A stretch of 59,379 nucleotides of DNA, counting the filler. It is 3 parts of 3 records of this genome, joined end to end, with 100 filler letters (N's around TTAATTAATTAA, not from the genome) between each part and the next. Parts side by side here need not be neighbours in the genome. Positions count along the whole stretch, not along the records: positions 1 to 23,815 come from SRR20825006_282; 2 more parts are not named here. One strand, written 5' to 3'. This document shows, in pieces, positions 9,815-19,761 of this stretch. The notes beneath the pieces were generated by a model. It was not told where the DNA came from. It made no database searches and was given only the letters and a program-made list of their open reading frames with translations. Every line of letters begins with the position of its first letter. Position 1 is the first letter of the stretch. The position numbers and the translations under genes are program-made.

Positions 9815-10930
9815 ATGCATCCCTGGATCGCGGATCGAACGGCCTCCTTTGATAGCAGCGGAATTCGAAAAGTCTTCGATCTCGCTGCGAAACTGAAAGA
9901 CCCGATCAACTTGTCCATCGGGCAACCGGACTTTGATGTTCCCGAGGAAATTCAGGACGCGACCGTCGATGCAATTCGATCGGGCAAAAACGCATACTCG
10001 CCAACCCAGGGTATCGCGCCGCTGCGTGAGAAACTGCTAGCTGAAATCAATGCCAAGTATCCCGGCCAAAATCGCGACGTGTTTGTCAGTAGCGGCACCT
10101 CGGGCGGTTTGGTCCTTTCGCTGCTTTCGATGATCAATCCGGGTGATGAGGTCATCTTCCTGGACCCCTATTTCGTCATGTACCCGGCTCTCGTGAGCTT
10201 GTGCGGTGGCATCCCCGTGACGGTCGATTCGTACCCGGATTTCCGGTTGGATCCAGCCAAGATCGAAGCCGCGATCACACCCAAGACCAAGATGATCTTG
10301 GTCAACAGTCCCGCCAATCCAACCGGCGTGACCGCGTCGGAGCAAGATCTTCGAGATGTCGGCGATTTGGCGGCCAAGCACAACATCGCGCTGCTTTCGG
10401 ACGAGATCTACAGCCGATTCTTCTACGACGGCGACTTCGCATCTCCCGCGGCCACCAATCCCGACACAATCGTGATCGACGGTTTCAGCAAATCGCACGC
10501 GATGACCGGATGGCGAGTGGGCTACGTCCACGGACCGCCCGAAATCATTGCGACGATGCTCAAGATCCAACAGTATTCGTTCGTCTGCTCGCCCCAGCCC
10601 GCTCAGTGGGGAGCCCTCCGTGCGATGGAAATTTCACTGGACGGCCACATTGACGACTACCGTCGCAAACGCGACTTCATGGTGGAACAACTTTCGCCGC
10701 ACTTCGAACTGACCAGCCCCGGCGGTGCATTTTATCTGTTCCCGAAAGCCCCCGGCACCGAAGGCGGGACGGCGTTTGTCGAAAGAGCGATCGCGGACGG
10801 CCTACTGATCATTCCCGGCAAGATTTTCAGCAGCCGCGATTCTCACTTCCGCGTCAGCTTCGCCGCCAGCGATGACACGCTGCGTCGGGGTGCCGAACGC
10901 CTGATCAAGCTGGCTGGCGACAATCGCTGA
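9815..10930 (+). CDS. PLP-dependent aminotransferase class I/II (aspartate aminotransferase-like)
   Basis: LSIGQPDF, NSPANPTG, SDEIY and SKSHAMTGWRVG (PLP lysine). Confidence 0.92.
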   Translation: MHPWIADRTASFDSSGIRKVFDLAAKLKDPINLSIGQPDFDVPEEIQDATVDAIRSGKNAYSPTQGIAPLREKLLAEINAKYPGQNRDVFVSSGTSGGLVLSLLSMINPGDEVIFLDPYFVMYPALVSLCGGIPVTVDSYPDFRLDPAKIEAAITPKTKMILVNSPANPTGVTASEQDLRDVGDLAAKHNIALLSDEIYSRFFYDGDFASPAATNPDTIVIDGFSKSHAMTGWRVGYVHGPPEIIATMLKIQQYSFVCSPQPAQWGALRAMEISLDGHIDDYRRKRDFMVEQLSPHFELTSPGGAFYLFPKAPGTEGGTAFVERAIADGLLIIPGKIFSSRDSHFRVSFAASDDTLRRGAERLIKLAGDNR

Positions 10931-11002
10931 CCGATTTGTTAGCCTGCTGCGTTCCCAACGCAGAAATTTCCTACTTTCAAACATCCCTGATCGAGTTTTT
11001 GC

Positions 11003-12322
11003 ATGTCCGCCGATCCGACCCAAAATCATCGTCTGGCCACCCGTGCTCTCCATGCCGGACAAGTCGCTGACCCAACGACCAAAAGCCGCGCGGTGCCGAT
11101 CTACGCCACCACCAGCTACCAGTTCGATAGCACGGAACACGCGGCGGCCCTGTTTGGACTAGCTGAATTTGGCAACATCTACAGCCGGTTGATGAATCCA
11201 ACGGTCGATGTGCTGGAAAAACGCATCGCGGCACTGGACGGCGGTGTAACGGGATTGTGCTTCGCCTCCGGTCAGGCGGCCATCACGGCAGCGGTTTTGG
11301 CGATCGCACACAGCGGTCAAAACATTGTCAGCAGCACCTCGCTGTATGGCGGAACATGGACCCTGTTCACACAAACGTTGAAGAACCTTGGTATCGAAGT
11401 TCGCTTCTTCGATCCGGATCACCCCGAGCAAATCCACGGCTTGGTCGATGAAAACACTCGACTGGTCTACATGGAGAGCATCGGCAACCCAAGAAACGAT
11501 GTCCCTGACTTCAAGGCAATCGCCGACGCAGCTCACTCGGCACCACACGGGGCGATCCCAGTGTTGTGCGACAACACCGTGATGACGCCCTACTTGCTGC
11601 GTCCGATCGATCACGGCATCGACATTGTGATCTACAGCACGACGAAGTTCTTGGGCGGACACGGCACTCACATCGGTGGCTGCATCGTCGATAGCGGAAA
11701 TTTCAAATGGGCCGACCAACCTGAAAAGTGGCCTGAGTTCTGTGGCCCCAGCCCGTCTTACCACGGTGCCGTTTTCGAAGAGCACCTGCGTGGCATGGGC
11801 AACATCGCCTACAACGTTCACATCCGCACCCACTGGTTGCGTGACACAGGTGCGGCCATGAGCCCCTTCGCGGCGTTCCTGTTCCTGCAAGGCATCGAGA
11901 CTCTTCACCTTCGCATGCCTCGCCACTGCGAAAATGCGATGAAGGTTGCTGAGTTCCTGGAAGCTCACGACGCAGTTGAGTGGGTCAATTACCCCGGACT
12001 GAAAACGCACTCGCACAACAAATTGGCTGAGCAGTACCTGACCAACGGCAAAGGCGCGATCCTTGGCTTTGGCATCAAAGGTGGCATGGAAGCGGGCAAG
12101 AAATTTATCAACGCCTGCCAACTGTGCTCTCACTTAGCCAACATTGGCGATGCCAAAACATTGGTCATTCATCCCGCCAGCACCACACACCAACAGCTTG
12201 CCGAAGACGAACAACGCCGAGCGGGCGTCAGCCCAGAGTACATTCGCGTTTCGGTTGGAATCGAAGACATCGACGATATCCTCGATGACTTGAAACAGGC
12301 TCTTGCTGTTGCGACCGCGTGA
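11003..12322 (+). CDS. metY: O-acetylhomoserine aminocarboxypropyltransferase (sulfhydrylase)
   Basis: PIYATTSY, NIYSRLMNPT, STTKFLGGHG, HLANIGDAKTLVIHPASTTHQQL, RVSVGIE; adjacent to metX. Confidence 0.93.
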   Translation: MSADPTQNHRLATRALHAGQVADPTTKSRAVPIYATTSYQFDSTEHAAALFGLAEFGNIYSRLMNPTVDVLEKRIAALDGGVTGLCFASGQAAITAAVLAIAHSGQNIVSSTSLYGGTWTLFTQTLKNLGIEVRFFDPDHPEQIHGLVDENTRLVYMESIGNPRNDVPDFKAIADAAHSAPHGAIPVLCDNTVMTPYLLRPIDHGIDIVIYSTTKFLGGHGTHIGGCIVDSGNFKWADQPEKWPEFCGPSPSYHGAVFEEHLRGMGNIAYNVHIRTHWLRDTGAAMSPFAAFLFLQGIETLHLRMPRHCENAMKVAEFLEAHDAVEWVNYPGLKTHSHNKLAEQYLTNGKGAILGFGIKGGMEAGKKFINACQLCSHLANIGDAKTLVIHPASTTHQQLAEDEQRRAGVSPEYIRVSVGIEDIDDILDDLKQALAVATA

Positions 12323-12372
12323 CCGTCAAAGCAATCGAAACGTTGCTTCCGAACAATTGATCCTCCCGCGAA

Positions 12373-14244
12373 ATGACATCCGGGAGATCCACTCGGGTAA
12401 CGATGTTCGAGAGCCAAGCTTCTATGGGTGAGCCTTCCAACGAGGATCTGTCCAGCACCGATGATGTGCGGACTGATGCGCCATTGGCGTACGCCAAGTA
12501 CGTGACGTTTGACCAGCCGCTGCCGCTCGAACGCGGCGGCGAACTGCCCGAAGTTCGATGCTGCTACGAAACGTGGGGCACACTCAACGACGACGCATCC
12601 AATGCCGTGTTGGTCTGCCACGCCGTTTCAGGCGACTCACATGCGGCTCGCCACGACGAAGACGACCAACCAGGTTGGTGGGACGGCTTGATCGGCCCCG
12701 GACTTCCCATCGACACGGACCGGTTGTTCGTGGTCTGTCCCAATGTCCTGGGCGGTTGTCGCGGCAGTACCGGACCGGGCGACGCGGACCCAACCTCGCC
12801 CGATGGCAAACCCTACGGCGCAAACTTCCCTCGGATCACCATCGGCGACATCGTCGAAGCCCAAAAACTCCTGGCTGACCACCTGGGAATCCGGCAGTGG
12901 CGGGCGGTTGTCGGCGGTTCGCTGGGCGGTCACCAAGTCTTGCAGTGGATCAATCGCTATCCCGACGCGGCGAACACTTGCATCGCCATCGCTACCTCTC
13001 CTCGACTGAACAGCCAAGCACTCGGTTTCGATGTCATCGCCCGCAATGCGATTCAAACCGACCCACACTACGCCGGCGGCCAGTACTACGACAAAGACCA
13101 ACGCCCGGACACGGGATTGGCAATCGCACGGATGCTGGGTCACATCACTTATCTTTCCGTCGAAGCGATGGAGGCCAAATTCGACCCTGATCGCCACGAC
13201 CCACGGCAGATCGCATCACAGTTCGAGCAACGATTCAGCATCGGCTCCTACTTGGCACACCAAGGCCAAAAGTTCACGACACGCTTCGATGCGAATAGCT
13301 ACGTGACTCTGTCGATGGCGATGGATCTATTCGACCTGGGCGGCACGCGACTGAAGCTGATGGAAACGTTTGACGAAGCAACTTGCGATTTCCTGCTTAT
13401 CAGTTTCAGCAGCGATTGGTTGTTCCCACCTGCTCAATCCAGAGAAATCGTCAATGCTCTGACCGCTTTGGACAAACGCGTCACCTATGCCGAAATCACC
13501 ACCAACGCCGGCCACGATGCATTCCTGATCGCGAAAGACATTGCGACTTATGGACCGCTGATCCGCGAACGACTGAGAGACACCGAAACGCATCCCGCGG
13601 TTCCATCCGACATCACGTTGAACGTGGACGAAGAATCAATCCTGGAGATCATTCCCGCCGGATCCAGCGTGCTGGACCTCGGTTGTGGCAACGGACAACT
13701 GCTCGCCGCGATTCGTGATCGACATCGCACGCCAGGACCGCCAACAACGGAACATCGATTGATGGGCGTCGAGGTGGCGCAGGAGAACCTGCTGGCAACG
13801 GCAATGCGAGGCATCGATGTGATTGACTACGACCTCAATCACGGACTGCCCGCATTCATCGATGACCAGTTCGACTACGTGATCCTCAACGCGACGTTGC
13901 AAGCGGTTGAGAACGTGGTGGAACTACTCAACGAGATGCTGCGAGTTGGCCGACATGCCATCATCAGCTTTCCCAACTTTGCGTATCGCCAACTCAGAGA
14001 TCACTACGTGACACATGGGCGATCGCCGAAAGCCCCCGGCGAGTTCGACTTCGATTGGCACAACACGCCTAACCGACGCTTCCCCACGATCGCCGACGTT
14101 CGCGACCTCTTGGGCCAACTGAACGTCGTGATCGATGAAGAAGTCTTCTGGGATGTTGATCAGGGTCAACGCATTGAACCCGACAACGATCCCAATCTGA
14201 ATGCCGATACCGCGGTGATTGCTTTTCACCGCGAAAACCGCTGA
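12373..14244 (+). CDS. metX: Homoserine O-acetyltransferase fused to a C-terminal MetW methyltransferase-like domain
   Basis: HAVSGDSH, GWWD..IGPG, GGSLGG nucleophile elbow, SSDWLFP, GHDAFL; then VLDLGCGNG and IISFPNFAY..WHNTPN (MetW). Start uncertain. Confidence 0.9.
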   Translation: MTSGRSTRVTMFESQASMGEPSNEDLSSTDDVRTDAPLAYAKYVTFDQPLPLERGGELPEVRCCYETWGTLNDDASNAVLVCHAVSGDSHAARHDEDDQPGWWDGLIGPGLPIDTDRLFVVCPNVLGGCRGSTGPGDADPTSPDGKPYGANFPRITIGDIVEAQKLLADHLGIRQWRAVVGGSLGGHQVLQWINRYPDAANTCIAIATSPRLNSQALGFDVIARNAIQTDPHYAGGQYYDKDQRPDTGLAIARMLGHITYLSVEAMEAKFDPDRHDPRQIASQFEQRFSIGSYLAHQGQKFTTRFDANSYVTLSMAMDLFDLGGTRLKLMETFDEATCDFLLISFSSDWLFPPAQSREIVNALTALDKRVTYAEITTNAGHDAFLIAKDIATYGPLIRERLRDTETHPAVPSDITLNVDEESILEIIPAGSSVLDLGCGNGQLLAAIRDRHRTPGPPTTEHRLMGVEVAQENLLATAMRGIDVIDYDLNHGLPAFIDDQFDYVILNATLQAVENVVELLNEMLRVGRHAIISFPNFAYRQLRDHYVTHGRSPKAPGEFDFDWHNTPNRRFPTIADVRDLLGQLNVVIDEEVFWDVDQGQRIEPDNDPNLNADTAVIAFHRENR

Positions 14245-14257
14245 ATTCGATTCACAA

Positions 14258-14290
14258 TGACCTCGGGCGACGAGCGTCGTCCGAAGGTCA
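14258..14290. terminator. Hairpin between convergent genes
   Basis: TGACCTCGGGCGACG-AG-CGTCGTCCGAAGGTCA imperfect stem with no clear U-tail. Confidence 0.45.
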
Positions 14291-14295
14291 ATCGA

Positions 14296-15471
14296 TCAAA
14301 ATTCGGTATCGATGATTTCGCGTGCGGCGCGAGTGCCCAAGGCTCCCCAGACACCGAACGGTGACTTCGAACCAGGCGTCAAAAATCCGCCACCTTCGCG
14401 AACTTGAGCGCTGTTGCTGTTTCCAGCTTCGATCGAATCGGTGATGAACTTCACCGCTCCATCGCACATCAGGACGTGGACTCCACCTTGGTGGCGACTA
14501 CTAGGCGTCACATCACCTTCGCGTTCTTGGTTGCCCTGGAAACAAAGCTCATCATTGGGCGCCAACACTGTGACGAAACCGGTGTACAGCGGACGGGCGA
14601 GGGCCCATTTGAATCCGCGACGCTGCTCCGCATCTCCGGTGAAGGGTGTCGAGCCATCGTTCCGCCAGAACTGAGGACGCTCCACATCGATGAATTGACG
14701 GCACGACAACGCGTTGCCTTCTCGCCAAACCTCAACCGGGCTGTCGACAGCATGCGAACGCGTGTCGTAGTCGCCCAAGTCAGTGATGATTTCGCCCATA
14801 GCGAGGGTATTGGACAAACCATCGAGGATGTCTCGGAACTTTGTCTGCGTTCGTGGAATGAAAGCACCACGGCAGGCACTCTGCTGATAAATCCGTAGAC
14901 CACGACTGGTACCATTGTCAGCGGTGTCGCCGACATCACATAGCGTTCCCGAGTCGCCCAAGCACACGGCATAGTTCGTACGCCCGTGAGCGGGCAAGCC
15001 AACGCCAGGATCACTGGGGCAACGGAAGCTAGGAAGGTTCGTCAACCAAGGGTCGTAAGGAATCGCGGCGTGGTCGGCCAACTGACGGTTGGGCCATGGC
15101 CCCATTGCTTGAAAACCGGTGTCGGTCGGATTGCTGATTACTTCCCATAAACCTTGTTGCTCGATGAATGGCAACATGCCAACCAAAGCAGACAAGTCGG
15201 ACCGGTTACCGCCGGGTGGGTTGATCCCTGTGTCTGGTGGATACTGTGTGTACGTGCCCGATCCGTGCTTCGGCATCGCGTTGTACGCCGAGTGATAGTT
15301 GTGGATTGCTAAACCAAGTTGCTTGAAATTGTTGCTGCAACTCATTCGGCGAGCGGCTTCCCGGGCCGCTTGTACGGCGGGCAGAAGCAAACCAACCAGA
15401 ACGCCTATGATGGCGATCACCACCAGCAACTCCACCAACGTGAAGCCCCGGTGCTTTCTTTGAAAACTCAT
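14296..15471 (-). CDS. DUF1559 family prepilin-type protein (second paralog)
   Basis: RG/FTLVELLVVIAIIGVLVGLLLPAVQAAREAARRMSC, CPSD and HQGGVHVLMCDG. Start set at MSFQRKHRG. Confidence 0.93.
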   Translation of the reverse strand: MSFQRKHRGFTLVELLVVIAIIGVLVGLLLPAVQAAREAARRMSCSNNFKQLGLAIHNYHSAYNAMPKHGSGTYTQYPPDTGINPPGGNRSDLSALVGMLPFIEQQGLWEVISNPTDTGFQAMGPWPNRQLADHAAIPYDPWLTNLPSFRCPSDPGVGLPAHGRTNYAVCLGDSGTLCDVGDTADNGTSRGLRIYQQSACRGAFIPRTQTKFRDILDGLSNTLAMGEIITDLGDYDTRSHAVDSPVEVWREGNALSCRQFIDVERPQFWRNDGSTPFTGDAEQRRGFKWALARPLYTGFVTVLAPNDELCFQGNQEREGDVTPSSRHQGGVHVLMCDGAVKFITDSIEAGNSNSAQVREGGGFLTPGSKSPFGVWGALGTRAAREIIDTEF

Positions 15472-15551
15472 TGAAAAGACCTTGAAGGAGAAAGATGTCC
15501 GATGAAAAGGCGGGGCGTGACAGGTCAACGACGAGCATGCCCGGTAAACAA

Positions 15552-15740
15552 TTAGGGCTTGGTCGGATCCGATGGAAAAACCTCGGGCTTGGGCTCTTTC
15601 AGCTCTGGGTTCTCATTCAGAAACTGCGTCAACTCGTCGGTCGAGGTGGCTTCCGGCTCGGAAGAACCACCGCACCCACTGATCGCGGCGACACCGAGCA
15701 ACGCAGCCAAGCCGCACGCTTTGAAGCGACAAAAATTCAC
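15552..15740 (-). CDS. Small (~62 aa) predicted lipoprotein upstream of DUF1559
   Basis: GTG start with GGAG upstream; hydrophobic LAALLGVAAISG/CGG lipobox and an acidic/Pro-rich tail. Confidence 0.65.
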   Translation of the reverse strand: MNFCRFKACGLAALLGVAAISGCGGSSEPEATSTDELTQFLNENPELKEPKPEVFPSDPTKP

Positions 15741-16180
15741 AGGCAAAACTCCATAGACTTGTGATTGATCGTGACAACGCCAGATCAAGAAAACTTCTGA
15801 TTTTTCCTTGGCCACAAACCACTCGGCGAAGTGAGAGCTCAAGATTGGCCAAAAAGTGAAAAGCAATTAACGAGCAGGAATCATGCTCAAACGACACGTT
15901 AAATCAACCGATTTTCACATTAGCATGCAAATATGACACGTTTTCCGCCATCTTTCACTCCCGAAACTGTATCGATTTCAAGAAGTTTGCCTGTTCCGAT
16001 ATGGGGCCAGCCATACGAAGGAGGAAAGAGTCATCGGTCGAAAACCCGTGCCAAAAACGCATGGGCGGACTGAAAACCCCTCCTCCTAAGCGAAGGAAGG
16101 CACCGCAAAGCAGGCCTATAGAGAGACTCAGCAACTTAGAGACACAGGCCTGTTTCGCGGCGAACGGTGTACGAGCCCGA

Positions 16181-17218
16181 TCAGCTTTGCTTCTTGTCAG
16201 CGATCAGAATGACTCGATCCCCGATTTTGACCGGCACCCCGGTCACGGTGACTTGGTCGCCCTCACTCGGCTTTTTGGCCTCCGATGAGAGTCCCATGTC
16301 GACGGTCATCATCTTGTCGCCCTTGGTCTTTAACTTGACGACTAAGTGTTCTTTCCCACGGACCTTGGCAGTCTTGGTTGACTGAACTTGACCGGTGTAT
16401 CGACTGCCGGAGCGTTCGACCTTGTACATTCCGTGCTTCGGTAAATCGACAGCGGTCGCTACTAGCACTTCCTTTTCGCCCCTCGTTACAATCGGTCCAT
16501 AGAAGGTGGCCTGGTCATCTTTGAAGAGCTGGACTCCGGTTGCATGTCCGCCGAGATCAATCCAGACGTCTTTTCCGTCTTGCGACTTCACCTGCATCAT
16601 CAACGAGTACTCGTTGCCTCGTTGAACGGTTTTGATATCGCGAACCGTGCCCTTCACTTCATGACGTTTGCCGCTCAAGCCGTCTTTTACCGACTGTGCG
16701 ATCCTGGACGGTGGGACCGCGTTCTTTAACGTGCTGCCCAGTTCCGAATAGTCGTAGTTTTCGTACACGCCATCGCCGTCTTCATCGTCGTAGGTGACGT
16801 AGGCGTCATTCAGGTAATCACCGTCACTATCGATGTACCGCGTCGATCGCTCGTACGTTCCGTCCTCATCGCGATCCTCGTAGGACACATAGCTTTCGTT
16901 GTAGTCCTCGCCATAGAAAGTATCGGCGGGGATGATCAGCTGATCGTTGTCTGAGTCGCTGCTTGTTCGAGCGTCTTCATAGGAAAAGATCTCGTCGTCC
17001 CAACGTCCGATAGCCTCGTCCGTCGGGTTGTAATCGTTGCCGTCAAACCATTCCGAGATGTCGTACCAGGCATCGTCCTCAACTTTGCTGCCGCGGTCTT
17101 CCGGGTCAAAGTCTCCGGTTTGTCCCATCGCGATCGGCGTGCAAGCCAACGGAAAAGAGACGGCGGCGGTCGCGACCAAGGAACGAAGAAGTGGTTGTTG
17201 GCGATGAAGGAATTTCAT
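16181..17218 (-). CDS. Secreted hypothetical protein: Asp-rich DxDxDG repeats followed by two tandem OB-fold-like repeats
   Basis: Signal-like N-terminus; DRDEDG, DSDGD and DEDGDG loops; duplicated G-x-V..K-T..V-x-(I/V)D(L/M)G..DQ..G unit. Confidence 0.75.
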   Translation of the reverse strand: MKFLHRQQPLLRSLVATAAVSFPLACTPIAMGQTGDFDPEDRGSKVEDDAWYDISEWFDGNDYNPTDEAIGRWDDEIFSYEDARTSSDSDNDQLIIPADTFYGEDYNESYVSYEDRDEDGTYERSTRYIDSDGDYLNDAYVTYDDEDGDGVYENYDYSELGSTLKNAVPPSRIAQSVKDGLSGKRHEVKGTVRDIKTVQRGNEYSLMMQVKSQDGKDVWIDLGGHATGVQLFKDDQATFYGPIVTRGEKEVLVATAVDLPKHGMYKVERSGSRYTGQVQSTKTAKVRGKEHLVVKLKTKGDKMMTVDMGLSSEAKKPSEGDQVTVTGVPVKIGDRVILIADKKQS

Positions 17219-17547
17219 GGGGTGAACCTTTTGGTTGGTGTTGTCGAGTGCCCGCGACTGCTGCGGACATGGGTGAAAACACCACCAAAAGAGGCAAACG
17301 GCGCGCCACCTGGCCCGTTTACGGCCGCATGACAGACCTCACGCGATTGCACCACCTGATCTCGCACCACTGCGGTCGCCGAGCGATCATTTCGCATCGT
17401 CGCGCGAAATCGACTCGCACCCGAAAAATGCTTGCATACTTGCGGCATCCCGCATCAAATCGGGCAACCAGACGGTTTGCCGTGTGCTGAACCGACCGGT
17501 AGACTCCGGCGATTCTGCCTTTTTGACGCTAACAAGAGATTGCGAGC

Positions 17548-18060
17548 ATGAGCTTTGGTGCCGGTGCAGACACGCAATTCGAAACCATGCGCGGTCGCGA
17601 ATTTCCTGCGATTCGTCAATTCACCATCTTCCTCGAGAACCGAGTCGGGCAGTTGCTCGAGGTCGTTCGGCGATTTGAGGGGACTGGGATCCGAATTGTG
17701 GCCCTGTCGATCAACGACGCGGCGGAATGTGCGTTCGTTCGCTTTCTGATCAGCGACGCGGACCGCGGCCGAGAGATTCTTGAGCGAGCCGGGCTGGCCA
17801 TCATCGAATCCGATCTGGTTGGCGTGGAGCTTCCCGAAGGCCCCCAACCACTGCTCCGTGTTTGCACGGCGTTGTTGCAAGCGGAACTGAACATCATCCA
17901 GGCGTACCCATTGTTCATGCGTCCGCACGGCAAGCCAGCGGTCGCAATCATGGTCGAGAACATCGACTTGGCGATGAAAACGCTGACGGAGAAAGGTTTC
18001 CGAATCATCACCGAGGATGACTTGGACGCTGACAATCTTCCGCCGCAAGACATCTACTGA
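17548..18060 (+). CDS. Tandem ACT domain-containing protein
   Basis: QFTIFLENRVGQL..IRIVALSI and a second ACT repeat ..LNIIQAY. Confidence 0.82.
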   Translation: MSFGAGADTQFETMRGREFPAIRQFTIFLENRVGQLLEVVRRFEGTGIRIVALSINDAAECAFVRFLISDADRGREILERAGLAIIESDLVGVELPEGPQPLLRVCTALLQAELNIIQAYPLFMRPHGKPAVAIMVENIDLAMKTLTEKGFRIITEDDLDADNLPPQDIY

Positions 18061-18232
18061 GTCGACTTGCTTCTCAGGCCGCACCGTACGATGGTTGATC
18101 ACTCCGTACGATGGCCTTCCAAGGCCGTCGAATCCTATGCTGGCGACTTCCCACGGCCATCTGAATCAGGTTCGACAGCCTTGGAAGGACATCGCACATC
18201 TCATCCAACCGCCGCCTTCTTGACTTCCCGCC

Positions 18233-19288
18233 ATGAGTGAACTGCCTCCTTACGATTCGTTTTTGCTGGTGTCCTTTGGAGGCCCGGAGGGGCAGGACGA
18301 TGTGATGCCGTTTCTCGAAAACGTTTTGCGAGGCAAGAACGTGCCGCGTGAACGGATGCTGGAAGTTGCCGAGCACTACAAACACTTCGGCGGCGTCAGC
18401 CCCATCAACGAGCAAAACCGTCAGCTTATCGCAGCGCTGCAAAAGCGATTTGATGCCAACGGAATCGACTTGCCGATCTATTGGGGCAATCGGAACTGGG
18501 ATCCATACTTTGCCGACACGCTTCGCCAAATGAAGGCGGATGGCAAGAAGCGATCGCTGGCGTTTTTCACCAGCATGTTCAGCTGCTATAGCGGTTGTCG
18601 CCAGTATCGCGAAAACATCATTCAGGCTCGCGAAGAAGTTGGCGAGGGAGCACCGCTGGTCGAGAAAGTTCGGATGGGATTCAACCATCCTGGCTTCATC
18701 GCCGCGATGGCGGACAACGTTTCAAAAGCGGCCCAGACCATCGGGGCATCGCCGGCCGGAACCAAAGTGCTGTTCACCGCCCATAGCATTCCGATGGGCA
18801 TGGCTGACAATTGCGACTACGAAAAACAACTTCGAGAATCATGCCGTTTGGTTGCCGATGCTTGCGGTGCGGTGGATTGGGACTTGGTTTACCAAAGTCG
18901 CAGCGGGCCACCATCGCAGCCTTGGTTGGAACCAGACGTGCTGGACGCGATCGCGGAGATGGACGACGCCAAAAAACTGGAATCGTTGTTGATCCTTCCG
19001 ATCGGATTTGTCAGCGACCACATGGAGGTTCTGTTTGACTTGGACGAGGAAGCCGCCCAGCTTTGCCAAGAACGCGGGATCAAAATGGCACGAGCCTCCG
19101 CGGCGGGAACCCACCCAGATTTCGTCGAGATGATCTGCAAATTGGTGCAAGAACGGCTCGGAAAACTGAACGAAAAACCCGCTCTGGGTGAACTGGGTCC
19201 CTGGCATGATGTCTGCCCGCAGGATTGCTGCTTGTACACGCCGCGGCGGCCTCCGGTGGCGGGCGGGCGACCGGTTCAAGCCAATTGA
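18233..19288 (+). CDS. hemH: Ferrochelatase with Cys-rich C-terminus
   Basis: SFGGPEG, GGVSPIN, FTAHSIP, YQSRSGPP..WLEPD, GFVSDHMEV..DLD; C-terminal CPQDCC. Confidence 0.93.
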   Translation: MSELPPYDSFLLVSFGGPEGQDDVMPFLENVLRGKNVPRERMLEVAEHYKHFGGVSPINEQNRQLIAALQKRFDANGIDLPIYWGNRNWDPYFADTLRQMKADGKKRSLAFFTSMFSCYSGCRQYRENIIQAREEVGEGAPLVEKVRMGFNHPGFIAAMADNVSKAAQTIGASPAGTKVLFTAHSIPMGMADNCDYEKQLRESCRLVADACGAVDWDLVYQSRSGPPSQPWLEPDVLDAIAEMDDAKKLESLLILPIGFVSDHMEVLFDLDEEAAQLCQERGIKMARASAAGTHPDFVEMICKLVQERLGKLNEKPALGELGPWHDVCPQDCCLYTPRRPPVAGGRPVQAN

Positions 19289-19395
19289 TGCGGCGGCTAG
19301 AATCACCGACGAGCCATCCTGATTCCGGCCACATCGGCTTCGTCGTCTGTCCACGAAGCGGTGTTTCTGCCCCTTTTCGATCCTTCGTGAGCACC

Positions 19396-19707
19396 ATGCC
19401 TCGACTCGCCCACCAAGTCTTCTTCACGACCAAAGACCGCAGCGACGAAACCATCAACGCGTTGTTGGACGATTGCCAAACCTACCTGAACGATCATCCC
19501 GGTTTGGTGAGCTTCGCCGTGGGACGCTGCGAGCCCGAATACGATCGTCCGGTCAACATGGACTTCGATGTGGTGCTGCATACAGTCTTCGAAGACCGTG
19601 CCGCCCATGACGCTTATCAAACAGCACCTCGGCACCTGGAATTCATCGAGCGTCAAAAACCCAATTGGGCCGAAGTTCGCGTGTTCGATTCGAATCTTCG
19701 CGACTGA
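19396..19707 (+). CDS. Dabb family stress-responsive alpha/beta barrel protein
   Basis: HQVFF, FDVVLHTVF, AYQ..PRHLEF and VFDS motifs. Confidence 0.85.
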   Translation: MPRLAHQVFFTTKDRSDETINALLDDCQTYLNDHPGLVSFAVGRCEPEYDRPVNMDFDVVLHTVFEDRAAHDAYQTAPRHLEFIERQKPNWAEVRVFDSNLRD

Positions 19708-19761
19708 TGCCATCCAACCTTCACAACCACGTTTCACTCTTTTTAAAAAGCTAATATCACC

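Noticed and set aside
10931-11002. Possible SAM riboswitch before metY
   Set aside because: 72-nt gap with no recognisable riboswitch core or terminator
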